NCBI GenBank assembly: GCA_051362555.1
Contig: JBPQGU010000016.1
Span: 3,596,001 to 3,660,000 of the forward strand
DNA: 64,000 nt
Source of the DNA: Lingula anatina
Lineage: Eukaryota > Animalia > Brachiopoda
Reading direction: 5' to 3'
Below are positions 10,301 through 23,797 of this stretch, piece after piece. The notes beneath the pieces are model-generated. The model saw nothing but the letters and a program-made list of their open reading frames with translations. It did not search any database and was not told the origin of the DNA. The first letter of the stretch is position 1. Each line of letters opens with the position of its first letter. The translations under genes were made by a program, and so were the position numbers.

Positions 10301-13300
10301 GTAGTAAGAATAAAGTGCTGGAAGAGTGGTGGTGTCAACATTAAGGAAGAAATAGAGCAAAAACTCTGTCTCCCCCCCCCTCTCTCAGATTCTGTTCTCA
10401 GAGCTTATTTTTGGATCATCTTTAAAGCTAGAATTGAGGGCCTTCATGAAGTGACCCGGACGCGTTTCCACATTTTTTATGAATGACAGATGTGGTAGAT
10501 TGATTTTCGTCACTTTTTGGAAAAATCGGAGACGGGTCGATTTTTGGTGATTTTGAGTGATTTTGAACAGTGCCGGCACTGTGAGATTTCTTCAATTTTG
10601 GCCAGGTAGGGATGAAAAATTTTTTTCTTCATTATAGTGTCAGGTAGGTGTGTTCGGTCATTTGTAGTAAGAATAAAGTGCTGGAAGAGTGGTGGTGTCA
10701 ACATTAAGGAAGAAATAGAGCAAAAACTCTGTCTCCCCCCCCCTCTCAGATTCTGTTCTCAGAGCTTATTTTTGGATCATCTTTAAAGCTAGAATTGAGG
10801 GCCTTCATGAAGTGACCCGGGCGCGTTTCCACATTTTTTATGAATGACAGATGTGGTAGATTGATTTTCGTCACTTTTTGGAAAAATCGGAGACGGGTCG
10901 ATTTTTGGTGATTTTGAGTGATTTTGAACAGTGCCGGCACTGTGAGATTTCTTCAATTTTGGCCAGGTAGGGATGAAAAATTTTTTTCTTCATTATAGTG
11001 TCAGGTAGGTGTGTTCGGTCATTTGTAGTAAGAATTAAGTGCTGGAAGAGTGGTGGTGTCAACATTAAGGAAGAAATAGAGCAAAAACTCTGTCTCCCCC
11101 CCCCCTCTCAGATTCTGTTCTCAGAGCTTATTTTTGGATCATCTTTAAAGCTAGAATTGAGGGCCTTCATGAAGTGACCCGGGCGCGTTTCCACATTTTT
11201 TATGAATGACAGATGTGGTAGATTGATTTTCGTCACTTTTTGGAAAAATCGGAGACGGGTCGATTTTTGGTGATTTTGAGTGATTTTGAACAGTGCCGGC
11301 ACTGTGAGATTTCTTCAATTTTGGCCAGGTAGGGATGAAAAATTTTTTTCTTCATTATAGTGTCATGTAGGTGTGTTCGGTCATTTGTAGTAAGAATAAA
11401 GTGCTGGAAGAGTGGTGGTGTCAACATTAAGGAAGAAATAGAGCAAAAATTCTGTCTCCCCCCCCCTCTCTCAGATTCTGTTCTCAGAGCTTATTTTTGG
11501 ATCATCTTTAAAGCTAGAATTGAGGGCCTTCATGAAGTGACCCGGGCGCGTTTCCACATTTTTTATGAATGACAGATGTGGTAGATTGATTTTCGTCACT
11601 TTTTGGAAAAATCGGAGAGGGGTCGATTTTTGGTGATTTTGAGTGATTTTGAACAGTGCCGGCACTGTGAGATTTCTTCAATTTTGGCCAGGTAGGGATG
11701 AAAAATTTTTTTCTTCATTATAGTGTCAGGTAGGTGTGTTCGGTCATTTGTAGTAAGAATAAAGTGCTGGAAGAGTGGTGGTGTCAACATTAAGGAAGAA
11801 ATAGAGCAAAAACTCTGTCTCCCCCCCCCTCTCTCAGATTCTGTTCTCAGAGCTTATTTTTGGATCATCTTTAAAGCTAGAATTGAGGGCCTTCATGAAG
11901 TGACCCGGGCGCGTTTCCACATTTTTTATGAATGACAGATGTGGTAGATTGATTTTCGTCACTTTTTGGAAAAATCGGAGACGGGTCGATTTTTGGTGAT
12001 TTTGAGTGATTTTGAACAGTGCAGGCACTGTGAGATTTCTTCAATTTTGGCCAGGTAGGGATGAAAAATTTTTTTCTTCATTATAGTGTCAGGTAGGTGT
12101 GTTCGGTCATTTGTAGTAAGAATAAAGTGCTGGAAGAGTGGTGGTGTCAACATTAAGGAAGAAATAGAGCAAAAACTCTGTCTCCCCCCCCCCCTCTCAG
12201 ATTCTGTTCTCAGAGCTTATTTTTGGATCATCTTTAAAGCTAGAATTGAGGGCCTTCATGAAGTGACCCGGGCGCGTTTCCACATTTTTTATGAATGACA
12301 GATGTGGTAGATTGATTTTCGTCACTTTTTGGAAAAATCGGAGACGGGTCGATTTTTGGTGATTTTGAGTGATTTTGAACAGTGCCGGCACTGTGAGATT
12401 TCTTCAATTTTGGCCAGGTAGGGATGAAAAATTTTTTTCTTCATTATAGTGTCAGGTAGGTGTGTTCGGTCATTTGTAGTAAGAATAAAGTGCTGGAAGA
12501 GTGGTGGTGTCAACATTAAGGAAGAAATAGAGCAAAAACTCTGTCTCCCCCCCCCCTCTCAGATTCTGTTCTCAGAGCTTATTTTTGGATCATCTTTAAA
12601 GCTAGAATTGAGGGCCTTCATGAAGTGACCCGGGCGCGTTTCCACATTTTTTATGAATGACAGATGTGGTAGATTGATTTTCGTCACTTTTTGGAAAAAT
12701 CGGAGACGGGTCGATTTTTGGTGATTTTGAGTGATTTTGAACAGTGCCGGCACTGTGAGATTTCTTCAATTTTGGCCAGGTAGGGATGAAAAATTTTTTT
12801 CTTCATTATAGTGTCAGGTAGGTGTGTTCGGTCATTTGTAGTAAGAATAAAGTGCTGGAAGAGTGGTGGTGTCAACATTAAGGAAGAAATAGAGCAAAAA
12901 CTCTGTCTCCCCCCCCCCCTCTCAGATTCTGTTCTCAGAGCTTATTTTTGGATCATCTTTAAAGCTAGAATTGAGGGCCTTCATGAAGTGACCCGGGCGC
13001 GTTTCCACATTTTTTATGAATGACAGATGTGGTAGATTGATTTTCGTCACTTTTTGGAAAAATCGGAGACGGGTCGATTTTTGGTGATTTTGAGTGATTT
13101 TGAACAGTGCCGGCACTGTGAGATTTCTTCAATTTTGGCCAGGTAGGGATGAAAAATTTTTTTCTTCATTATAGTGTCAGGTAGGTGTGTTCGGTCATTT
13201 GTAGTAAGAATAAAGTGCTGGAAGAGTGGTGGTGTCAACATTAAGGAAGAAAAAGAGCAAAAACTCTGTCTCCCCCCCCCCCTCTCAGATTCTGTTCTCA

Positions 13301-16300
13301 GAGCTTATTTTTGGATCATCTTTAAAGCTAGAATTGAGGGCCTTCATGAAGTGACCCGGGCGCGTTTCCACATTTTTTATGAATGACAGATGTGGTAGAT
13401 TGATTTTCGTCACTTTTTGGAAAAATCGGAGACGGGTCGATTTTTGGTGATTTTGAGTGATTTTGAACAGTGCCGGCACTGTGAGATTTCTTCAATTTTG
13501 GCCAGGTAGGGATGAAAAATTTTTTTCTTCATTATAGTGTCAGGTAGGTGTGTTCGGTCATTTGTAGTAAGAATAAAGTGCTGGAAGAGTGGTGGTGTCA
13601 ACATTAAGGAAGAAATAGAGCAAAAACTCTGTCTCCCCCCCCCCTCTCAGATTCTGTTCTCAGAGCTTATTTTTGGATCATCTTTAAAGCTAGAATTGAG
13701 GGCCTTCATGAAGTGACCTGGGCGCGTTTCCACATTTTTTATGAATGACAGATGTGGTAGATTGATTTTCGTCACTTTTTGAAAAAATCGGAGACGGGTC
13801 GATTTTTGGTGATTTTGAGTGATTTTGAACAGTGCCGGCACTGTGAGATTTCTTCAATTTTGGCCAGGTAGGGATGAAAAATTTTTTTCTTCATTATAGT
13901 GTCAGGTAGGTGTGTTCGGTCATTTGTAGTAAGAATAAAGTGCTGGAAGAGTGGTGGTGTCAACATTAAGGAAGAAATAGAGCAAAAACTCTGTCTCCCC
14001 CCCCCCCTCTCAGATTCTGTTCTCAGAGCTTATTTTTGGATCATCTTTAAAGCTAGAATTGAGGGCCTTCATGAAGTGACCCGGGCGCGTTTCCACATTT
14101 TTTATGAATGACAGATGTGGTAGATTGATTTTCGTCACTTTTTGGAAAAATCGGAGACGGGTCGATTTTTGGTGATTTTGAGTGATTTTGAACAGTGCCG
14201 GCACTGTGAGATTTCTTCAATTTTGGCCAGGTAGGGATGAAAAATTTTTTTCTTCATTATAGTGTCAGGTAGGTGTGTTCGGTCATTTGTAGTAAGAATA
14301 AAGTGCTGGAAGAGTGGTGGTGTCAACATTAAGGAAGAAATAGAGCAAAAACTCTGTCTCCCCCCCCCCCCCCCTCTCAGATTCTGTTCTCAGAGCTTAT
14401 TTTTGGATCATCTTTAAAGCTAGAATTGAGGGCCTTCATGAAGTGACCCGGGCGCGTTTCCACATTTTTTATGAATGACAGATGTGGTAGATTGATTTTC
14501 GTCACTTTTTGGAAAAATCGGAGACGGGTCGATTTTTGGTGATTTTGAGTGATTTTGAACAGTGCCGGCACTGTGAGATTTCTTCAATTTTGGCCAGGTA
14601 GGGATGAAAAATTTTTTTCTTCATTATAGTGTCAGGTAGGTGTGTTCGGTCATTTGTAGTAAGAATAAAGTGCTGGAAGAGTGGTGGTGTCAACATTAAG
14701 GAAGAAATAGAGCAAAAACTCTGTCTCCCCCCCCCTCTCTCAGATTCTGTTCTCAGAGCTTATTTTTGGATCATCTTTAAAGCTAGAATTGAGGGCCTTC
14801 ATGAAGTGACCCGGGCGCGTTTCCACATTTTTTATGAATGACAGATGTGGTAGATTGATTTTCGTCACTTTTTGGAAAAATCGGAGACGGGTCGATTTTT
14901 GGTGATTTTGAGTGATTTTGAACAGTGCCGGCACTGTGAGATTTCTTCAATTTTGGCCAGGTAGGGATGAAAAATTTTTTTCTTCATTATAGTGTCAGGT
15001 AGGTGTGTTCGGTCATTTGTAGTAAGAATAAAGTGCTGGAAGAGTGGTGGTGTCAACATTAAGGAAGAAATAGAGCAAAAACTCTGTCTCCCCCCCCCCT
15101 CTCAGATTCTGTTCTCAGAGCTTATTTTTGGATCATCTTTAAAGCTAGAATTGAGGGCCTTCATGAAGTGACCCGGGCGCGTTTCCACATTTTTTATGAA
15201 TGACAGATGTGGTAGATTGATTTTCGTCACTTTTTGGAAAAATCGGAGACGGGTCGATTTTTGGTGATTTTGAGTGATTTTGAACAGTGCCGGCACTGTG
15301 AGATTTCTTCAATTTTGGCCAGGTAGGGATGAAAAATTTTTTTCTTCATTATAGTGTCAGGTAGGTGTGTTCGGTCATTTGTAGTAAGAATAAAGTGCTG
15401 GAAGAGTGGTGGTGTCAACATTAAGGAAGAAATAGAGCAAAAACTCTGTCTCCCCCCCCCCCTCTCAGATTCTGTTCTCAGAGCTTATTTTTGGATCATC
15501 TTTAAAGCTAGAATTGAGGGCCTTCATGAAGTGACCCGGGCGCGTTTCCACATTTTTTATGAATGACAGATGTGGCAGATTGATTTTCGTCACTTTTTGG
15601 AAAAATCGGAGACGGGTCGATTTTTGGTGATTTTGAGTGATTTAGAACAGTGCCGGCACTGTGAGATTTCTTCAATTTTGGCCAGGTAGGGATGAAAAAT
15701 TTTTTCTTCATTATAGTGTCAGGTAGGTGTGTTCAGTCATTTGTAGTAAGAATAAAGTGCTGGAAGAGTGGTGGTGTCAACATTAAAGAAGAAATAGAGC
15801 AAAAACTCTGTCTCCCCCCCCCCTCTCAGATTCTGTTCTCAGAGCTTATTTTTGGATCATCTTTAAAGCTAGAATTGAGGGCCTTCATGAAGTGACCCGG
15901 GCGCGTTTCCACATTTTTTATGAATGACAGATGTGGTAGATTGATTTTCGTCACTTTTTGGAAAAATCGGAGACGGGTCGATTTTTGGTGATTTTGAGTG
16001 ATTTTGAACAGTGCCGGCACTGTGAGATTTCTTCAATTTTGGCCAGGTAGGGATGAAAAATTTTTTTCTTCATTATAGTGTCAGGTAGGTGTGTTCGGTC
16101 ATTTGTAGTAAGAATAAAGTGCTGGAAGAGTGGTGGTGTCAACATTAAGGAAGAAATAGAGCAAAAACTCTGTCTCCCCCCCCCTCTCAGATTCTGTTCT
16201 CAGAGCTTATTTTTGGATCATCTTTAAAGCTAGAATTGAGGGCCTTCATGAAGTGACCCGGGCGCGTTTCCACATTTTCTATGAATGACAGATGTGGTAG

Positions 16301-19300
16301 ATTGATTTTCGTCACTTTTTGGAAAAATCGGAGACGGGTCGATTTTTGGTGATTTTGAGTGATTTTGAACAGTGCCGGCACTGTGAGATTTCTTCAATTT
16401 TGGCCAGGTAGGGATGAAAAATTTTTTTCTTCATTATAGTGTCAGGTAGGTGTGTTCGGTCATTTGTAGTAAGAATAAAGTGCTGGAAGAGTGGTGGTGT
16501 CAACATTAAGGAAGAAATAGAGCAAAAACTCTGTCTCCCCCCCCCCCCTCTCAGATTCTGTTCTCAGAGCTTATTTTTGGATCATCTTTAAAGCTAGAAT
16601 TGAGGGCCTTCATGAAGTGACCCGGGCGCGTTTCCACATTTTTTATGAATGACAGATGTGGTAGATTGATTTTCGTCACTTTTTGGAAAAATCGGAGATG
16701 GGTCGATTTTTGGTGATTTTGAGTGATTTTGAACAGTGCCGGCACTGTGAGATTTCTTCAATTTTGGCCAGGTAGGGATGAAAAATTTTTTTCTTCATTA
16801 TAGTGTCAGGTAGGTGTGTTCGGTCATTTGTAGTAAGAATAAAGTGCTGGAAGAGTGATGGTGTCAACATTAAGGAAGAAATAGAGCAAAAACTCTGTCT
16901 CCCCCCCCCCCTTCTCAGATTCTGTTCTCAGAGCTTATTTTTGGATCATCTTTAAAGCTAGAATTGAGGGCCTTCATGAAGTGACCCGGGCGCGTTTCCA
17001 CATTTTTTATGAATGACAGATGTGGTAGATTGATTTTCGTCACTTTTGGGAAAAATCGGAGACGGGTCGATTTTTGGTGATTGTGAGTGATTTTGAACAG
17101 TGCCGGAACTGTGAGATTTCTTCAATTTTGGCCAGGTAGGGATGAAAAATTTTTTTCTTCATTATAGTGTCATGTAGGTGTGTTCGGTCATTTGTAGTAA
17201 GAATAAAGTACTGGAAGAGTGGTGGTGTCAACATTAAGGAAGAAATAGAGCAAAAACTCTGTCTCCCCCCCCCCCCTCTCAGATTCTGTTCTCAGAGCTT
17301 ATTTTTGGATCATCTTTAAAGCTAGAATTGAGGGCCTTCATGAAGTGACCCGGGCGCGTTTCCACATTTTTTATGAATGACAGATGTGGTAGATTGATTT
17401 TCGTCACTTTTTGGAAAAATCGGAGACGGGTCGATTTTTGGTGATTTTGAGTGATTTTGAACAGTGCCGGCACTGTGAGATTTCTTCAATTTTGGCCAGG
17501 TAGGGATGAAAAATTTTTTCTTCATTATAGTGTCAGGTAGGTGTGTTCGGTCATTTGTAGTAAGAATAAAGTGCTGGAAGAGTGGTGGTGTCAACATTAA
17601 GGAAGAAATAGAGCAAAAACTCTGTCTCCCCCCCCCCCCTCTCAGATTCTGTTCTCAGAGCTTATTTTTGGATCATCTTTAAAGCTAGAATTGAGGGCCT
17701 TCATGAAGTGACCCGGGCGCGTTTCCACATTTTTTATGAATGACAGATGTGGTAGATTGATTTTCGTCACTTTTTGGAAAAATCGGAGATGGGTCGATTT
17801 TTGGTGATTTTGAGTGATTTTGAACAGTGCCGGCACTGTGAGATTTCTTCAATTTTGGCCAGGTAGGGATGAAAAATTTTTTTCTTCATTATAGTGTCAG
17901 GTAGGTGTGTTCGGTCATTTGTAGTAAGAATAAAGTGCTGGAAGAGTGGTGGTGTCAACATTAAGGAAGAAATAGAGCAAAAACTCTGTCTCCCCCCCCC
18001 CCCCTTCTCAGATTCTGTTCTCAGAGCTTATTTTTGGATCATCTTTAAAGCTAGAATTGAGGGCCTTCATGAAGTGACCCGGGCGCGTTTCCACATTTTT
18101 TATGAATGACAGATGTGGTAGATTGATTTTCGTCACTTTTGGGAAAAATCGGAGACGGGTCGATTTTTGGTGATTGTGAGTGATTTTGAACAGTGCCGGA
18201 ACTGTGAGATTTCTTCAATTTTGGCCAGGTAGGGATGAAAAATTTTTTTCTTCATTATAGTGTCAGGTAGGTGTGTTCGGTCATTTGTAGTAAGAATAAA
18301 GTGCTGGAAGAGTGGTGGTGTCAACATTAAGGAAGAAATAGAGCAAAAACTCTGTCTCCCCCCCCCCTCTCAGATTCTGTTCTCAGAGCTTATTTTTGGA
18401 TCATCTTTAAAGCTAGAATTGAGGGCCTTCATGAAGTGACCCGGGCGCGTTTCCACATTTTTTATGAATGACAGATGTGGTAGATTGATTTTCGTCACTT
18501 TTTGGAAAAATCGGAGACGGGTCGATTTTTGGTGATTTTGAGTGATTTTGAACAGTGCCGGCACTGTGAGATTTCTTCAGTTTTGGCCAGGTAGGGATGA
18601 AAAATTTTTTTCTTCATTATAGTGTCAGGTAGGTGTGTTCGGTCATTTGTAGTAAGAATAAAGTGCTGGAAGAGTGGTGGTGTCAACATTAAGGAAGAAA
18701 TAGAGCAAAAACTCTGTCTCCCCCCCCCCCCCCCCTTCTCAGATTCTGTTCTCAGAGCTTATTTTTGGATCATCTTTAAAGCTAGAATTGAGGGCCTTCA
18801 TGAAGTGACCCGGGCGCGTTTCCACATTTTTTATGAATGACAGATGTGGTAGATTGATTTTCGTCACTTTTTGGAAAAATCGGAGACGGGTCGATTTTTG
18901 GTGATTGTGAGTGATTTTGAACAGTGCCGGCACTGTGAGATTTCTTCAATTTTGGCCAGGTAGGGATGAAAAATTTTTTTCTTCATTATAGTGTCAGGTA
19001 GGTGTGTTCAGTCATTTGTAGTAAGAATAAAGTGCTGGAAGAGTGGTGGTGTCAACATTAAGGAAGAAATAGAGCAAAAACTCTGTCTCCCCCCCCCTCT
19101 CAGATTCTGTTCTCAGAGCTTATTTTTGGATCATCTTTAAAGCTAGAATTGAGGGCCTTCATGAAGTGACCCGGGCGCGTTTCCACATTTTTTATGAATG
19201 ACAGATGTGGTAGATTGATTTTCGTCACTTTTTGGAAAAATCGGAGACGGGTCGATTTTTGGTGATTTTGAGTGATTTTGAACAGTGCCGGCACTGTGAG

Positions 19301-19980
19301 ATTTCTTCAATTTTGGCCAGGTAGGGATGAAAAATTTTTTCTTCATTATAGTGTCATGTAGGTGTGTTCGGTCATTTGTAGTAAGAATAAAGTGCTGGAA
19401 GAGTGGTGGTGTCAACATTAAGGAAGAAATAGAGCAAAAACTCTGTCTCCCCCCCCCCCCTCTCAGATTCTGTTCTCAGAGCTTATTTTTGGATCATCTT
19501 TAAAGCTAGAATTGAGGGCCTTCATGAAGTGACCCGGGCGCGTTTCCACATTTTTTATGAATGACAGATGTGGTAGATTGATTTTCGTCACTTTTTGGAA
19601 AAATCGGAGATGGGTCGATTTTTGGTGATTTTGAGTGATTTTGAACAGTGCCGGCACTGTGAGATTTCTTCAATTTTGGCCAGGTAGGGATGAAAAATTT
19701 TTTTCTTCATTATAGTGTCAGGTAGGTGTGTTCGGTCATTTGTAGTAAGAATAAAGTGCTGGAAGAGTGGTGGTGTCAACATTAAGGAAGAAATAGAGCA
19801 AAAACTCTGTCTCCCCCCCCCCCCTTCTCAGATTCTGTTCTCAGAGCTTATTTTTGGATCATCTTTAAAGCTAGAATTGAGGGCCTTCATGAAGTGACCC
19901 GGGCGCGTTTCCACATTTTTTATGAATGACAGATGTGGTAGATTGATTTTCGTCACTTTTGGGAAAAATCGGAGACGGGT

Positions 19981-20020
19981 AGTAAGAATAAAGTGCTGGA
20001 AGAGTGGTGGTGTCTTCAAT
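19981..20020 (+). other. Deletion with templated insertion in a monomer (44 nt replaced by 40 nt), copy 1
   Basis: cgatttttgg...ggcactg is replaced by agtaagaataaagtgctggaagagtggtggtgtc + ttcaat, both copied from elsewhere in the monomer. Confidence 0.92.
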
Positions 20021-23000
20021 TGAGATTTCTTCAATTTTGGCCAGGTAGGGATGAAAAATTTTTTTCTTCATTATAGTGTCAGGTAGGTGTGTTCGGTCAT
20101 TTGTAGTAAGAATAAAGTGCTGGAAGAGTGGTGGTGTCAACATTAAGGAAGAAATAGAGCAAAAACTCTGTCTCCCCCCCCCCCCCCCCCCTTCTCAGAT
20201 TCTGTTCTCAGAGCTTATTTTTGGATCATCTTTAAAGCTAGAATTGAGGGCCTTCATGAAGTGACCCGGGCGCGTTTCCACATTTTTTATGAATGACAGA
20301 TGTGGTAGATTGATTTTCGTCACTTTTGGGAAAAATCGGAGACGGGTCGATTTTTGGTGATTGTGAGTGATTTTGAACAGTGCCGGAACTGTGAGATTTC
20401 TTCAATTTTGGCCAGGTAGGGATGAAAAATTTTTTTCTTCATTATAGTGTCATGTAGGTGTGTTCGGTCATTTGTAGTAAGAATAAAGTACTGGAAGAGT
20501 GGTGGTGTCAACATTAAGGAAGAAATAGAGCAAAAACTCTGTCTCCCCCCCCCCCTCTCAGATTCTGTTCTCAGAGCTTATTTTTGGATCATCTTTAAAG
20601 CTAGAATTGAGGGCCTTCATGAAGTGACCCGGGCGCGTTTCCACATTTTTTATGAATGACAGATGTGGTAGATTGATTTTCGTCACTTTTTGGAAAAATC
20701 GGAGACGGGTCGATTTTTGGTGATTTTGAGTGATTTTGAACAGTGCCGGCACTGTGAGATTTCTTCAATTTTGGCCAGGTAGGGATGAAAAATTTTTTCT
20801 TCATTATAGTGTCAGGTAGGTGTGTTCAGTCATTTGTAGTAAGAATAAAGTGCTGGAAGAGTGGTGGTGTCAACATTAAGGAAGAAATAGAGCAAAAACT
20901 CTGTCTCCCCCCCCCCCCCTCTCAGATTCTGTTCTCAGAGCTTATTTTTGGATCATCTTTAAAGCTAGAATTGAGGGCCTTCATGAAGTGACCCGGGCGC
21001 GTTTCCACATTTTTTATGAATGACAGATGTGGTAGATTGATTTTCGTCACTTTTTGGAAAAATCGGAGATGGGTCGATTTTTGGTGATTTTGAGTGATTT
21101 TGAACAGTGCCGGCACTGTGAGATTTCTTCAATTTTGGCCAGGTAGGGATGAAAAATTTTTTTCTTCATTATAGTGTCAGGTAGGTGTGTTCGGTCATTT
21201 GTAGTAAGAATAAAGTGCTGGAAGAGTGGTGGTGTCAACATTAAGGAAGAAATAGAGCAAAAACTCTGTCTCCCCCCCCCCCCCCCCCTTCTCAGATTCT
21301 GTTCTCAGAGCTTATTTTTGGATCATCTTTAAAGCTAGAATTGAGGGCCTTCATGAAGTGACCCGGGCGCGTTTCCACATTTTTTATGAATGACAGATGT
21401 GGTAGATTGATTTTCGTCACTTTTGGGAAAAATCGGAGACGGGTCGATTTTTGGTGATTGTGAGTGATTTTGAACAGTGCCGGAACTGTGAGATTTCTTC
21501 AATTTTGGCCAGGTAGGGATGAAAAATTTTTTTCTTCATTATAGTGTCAGGTAGGTGTGTTCGGTCATTTGTAGTAAGAATAAAGTGCTGGAAGAGTGGT
21601 GGTGTCAACATTAAGGAAGAAATAGAGCAAAAACTCTGTCTCCCCCCCCCCCTCTCAGATTCTGTTCTCAGAGCTTATTTTTGGATCATCTTTAAAGCTA
21701 GAATTGAGGGCCTTCATGAAGTGACCCGGGCGCGTTTCCACATTTTTTATGAATGACAGATGTGGTAGATTGATTTTCGTCACTTTTTGGAAAAATCGGA
21801 GACGGGTCGATTTTTGGTGATTTTGAGTGATTTTGAACAGTGCCGGCACTGTGAGATTTCTTCAGTTTTGGCCAGGTAGGGATGAAAAATTTTTTTCTTC
21901 ATTATAGTGTCAGGTAGGTGTGTTCGGTCATTTGTAGTAAGAATAAAGTGCTGGAAGAGTGGTGGTGTCAACATTAAGGAAGAAATAGAGCAAAAACTCT
22001 GTCTCCCCCCCCCCCCCCCCTTCTCAGATTCTGTTCTCAGAGCTTATTTTTGGATCATCTTTAAAGCTAGAATTGAGGGCCTTCATGAAGTGACCCGGGC
22101 GCGTTTCCACATTTTTTATGAATGACAGATGTGGTAGATTGATTTTCGTCACTTTTTGGAAAAATCGGAGACGGGTCGATTTTTGGTGATTGTGAGTGAT
22201 TTTGAACAGTGCCGGCACTGTGAGATTTCTTCAATTTTGGCCAGGTAGGGATGAAAAATTTTTTTCTTCATTATAGTGTCAGGTAGGTGTGTTCAGTCAT
22301 TTGTAGTAAGAATAAAGTGCTGGAAGAGTGGTGGTGTCAACATTAAGGAAGAAATAGAGCAAAAACTCTGTCTCCCCCCCCCCTCTCAGATTCTGTTCTC
22401 AGAGCTTATTTTTGGATCATCTTTAAAGCTAGAATTGAGGGCCTTCATGAAGTGACCCGGGCGCGTTTCCACATTTTTTATGAATGACAGATGTGGTAGA
22501 TTGATTTTCGTCACTTTTTGGAAAAATCGGAGACGGGTCGATTTTTGGTGATTTTGAGTGATTTTGAACAGTGCCGGCACTGTGAGATTTCTTCAATTTT
22601 GGCCAGGTAGGGATGAAAAATTTTTTCTTCATTATAGTGTCATGTAGGTGTGTTCGGTCATTTGTAGTAAGAATAAAGTGCTGGAAGAGTGGTGGTGTCA
22701 ACATTAAGGAAGAAATAGAGCAAAAACTCTGTCTCCCCCCCCCCCTCTCAGATTCTGTTCTCAGAGCTTATTTTTGGATCATCTTTAAAGCTAGAATTGA
22801 GGGCCTTCATGAAGTGACCCGGGCGCGTTTCCACATTTTTTATGAATGACAGATGTGGTAGATTGATTTTCGTCACTTTTTGGAAAAATCGGAGATGGGT
22901 CGATTTTTGGTGATTTTGAGTGATTTTGAACAGTGCCGGCACTGTGAGATTTCTTCAATTTTGGCCAGGTAGGGATGAAAAATTTTTTTCTTCATTATAG

Positions 23001-23267
23001 TGTCAGGTAGGTGTGTTCGGTCATTTGTAGTAAGAATAAAGTGCTGGAAGAGTGGTGGTGTCAACATTAAGGAAGAAATAGAGCAAAAACTCTGTCTCCC
23101 CCCCCCCCCCCTTCTCAGATTCTGTTCTCAGAGCTTATTTTTGGATCATCTTTAAAGCTAGAATTGAGGGCCTTCATGAAGTGACCCGGGCGCATTTCCA
23201 CATTTTTTATGAATGACAGATGTGGTAGATTGATTTTCGTCACTTTTGGGAAAAATCGGAGACGGGT

Positions 23268-23307
23268 AGTAAGAATAAAGTGCTGGAAGAGTGGTGGTGT
23301 CTTCAAT
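23268..23307 (+). other. Deletion with templated insertion, copy 2
   Basis: Identical to 19981-20020 and located 3287 bp (9 monomers) downstream. Confidence 0.92.
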
Positions 23308-23797
23308 TGAGATTTCTTCAATTTTGGCCAGGTAGGGATGAAAAATTTTTTTCTTCATTATAGTGTCAGGTAGGTGTGTTCGGTCATTTGTAGTAAGAAT
23401 AAAGTGCTGGAAGAGTGGTGGTGTCAACATTAAGGAAGAAATAGAGCAAAAACTCTGTCTCCCCCCCCCCCCCCCTTCTCAGATTCTGTTCTCAGAGCTT
23501 ATTTTTGGATCATCTTTAAAGCTAGAATTGAGGGCCTTCATGAAGTGACCCGGGCGCGTTTCCACATTTTTTATGAATGACAGATGTGGTAGATTGATTT
23601 TCGTCACTTTTGGGAAAAATCGGAGACGGGTCGATTTTTGGTGATTGTGAGTGATTTTGAACAGTGCCGGAACTGTGAGATTTCTTCAATTTTGGCCAGG
23701 TAGGGATGAAAAATTTTTTTCTTCATTATAGTGTCAGGTAGGTGTGTTCGGTCATTTGTAGTAAGAATAAAGTGCTGGAAGAGTGGTGGTGTCAACA

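Larger units (their letters stand above)
16870..23430. repeat. 9-monomer higher-order unit duplicated in tandem (~3.28 kb x 2)
   Basis: An ordered series of diagnostic variants (aagtActgg, T-tract deletion, gagaTggg, ccggAact, cttcaGtttt, gttcAgtc, templated insertion) occurs in 16870-20143 and again in 20143-23430. Confidence 0.9.
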
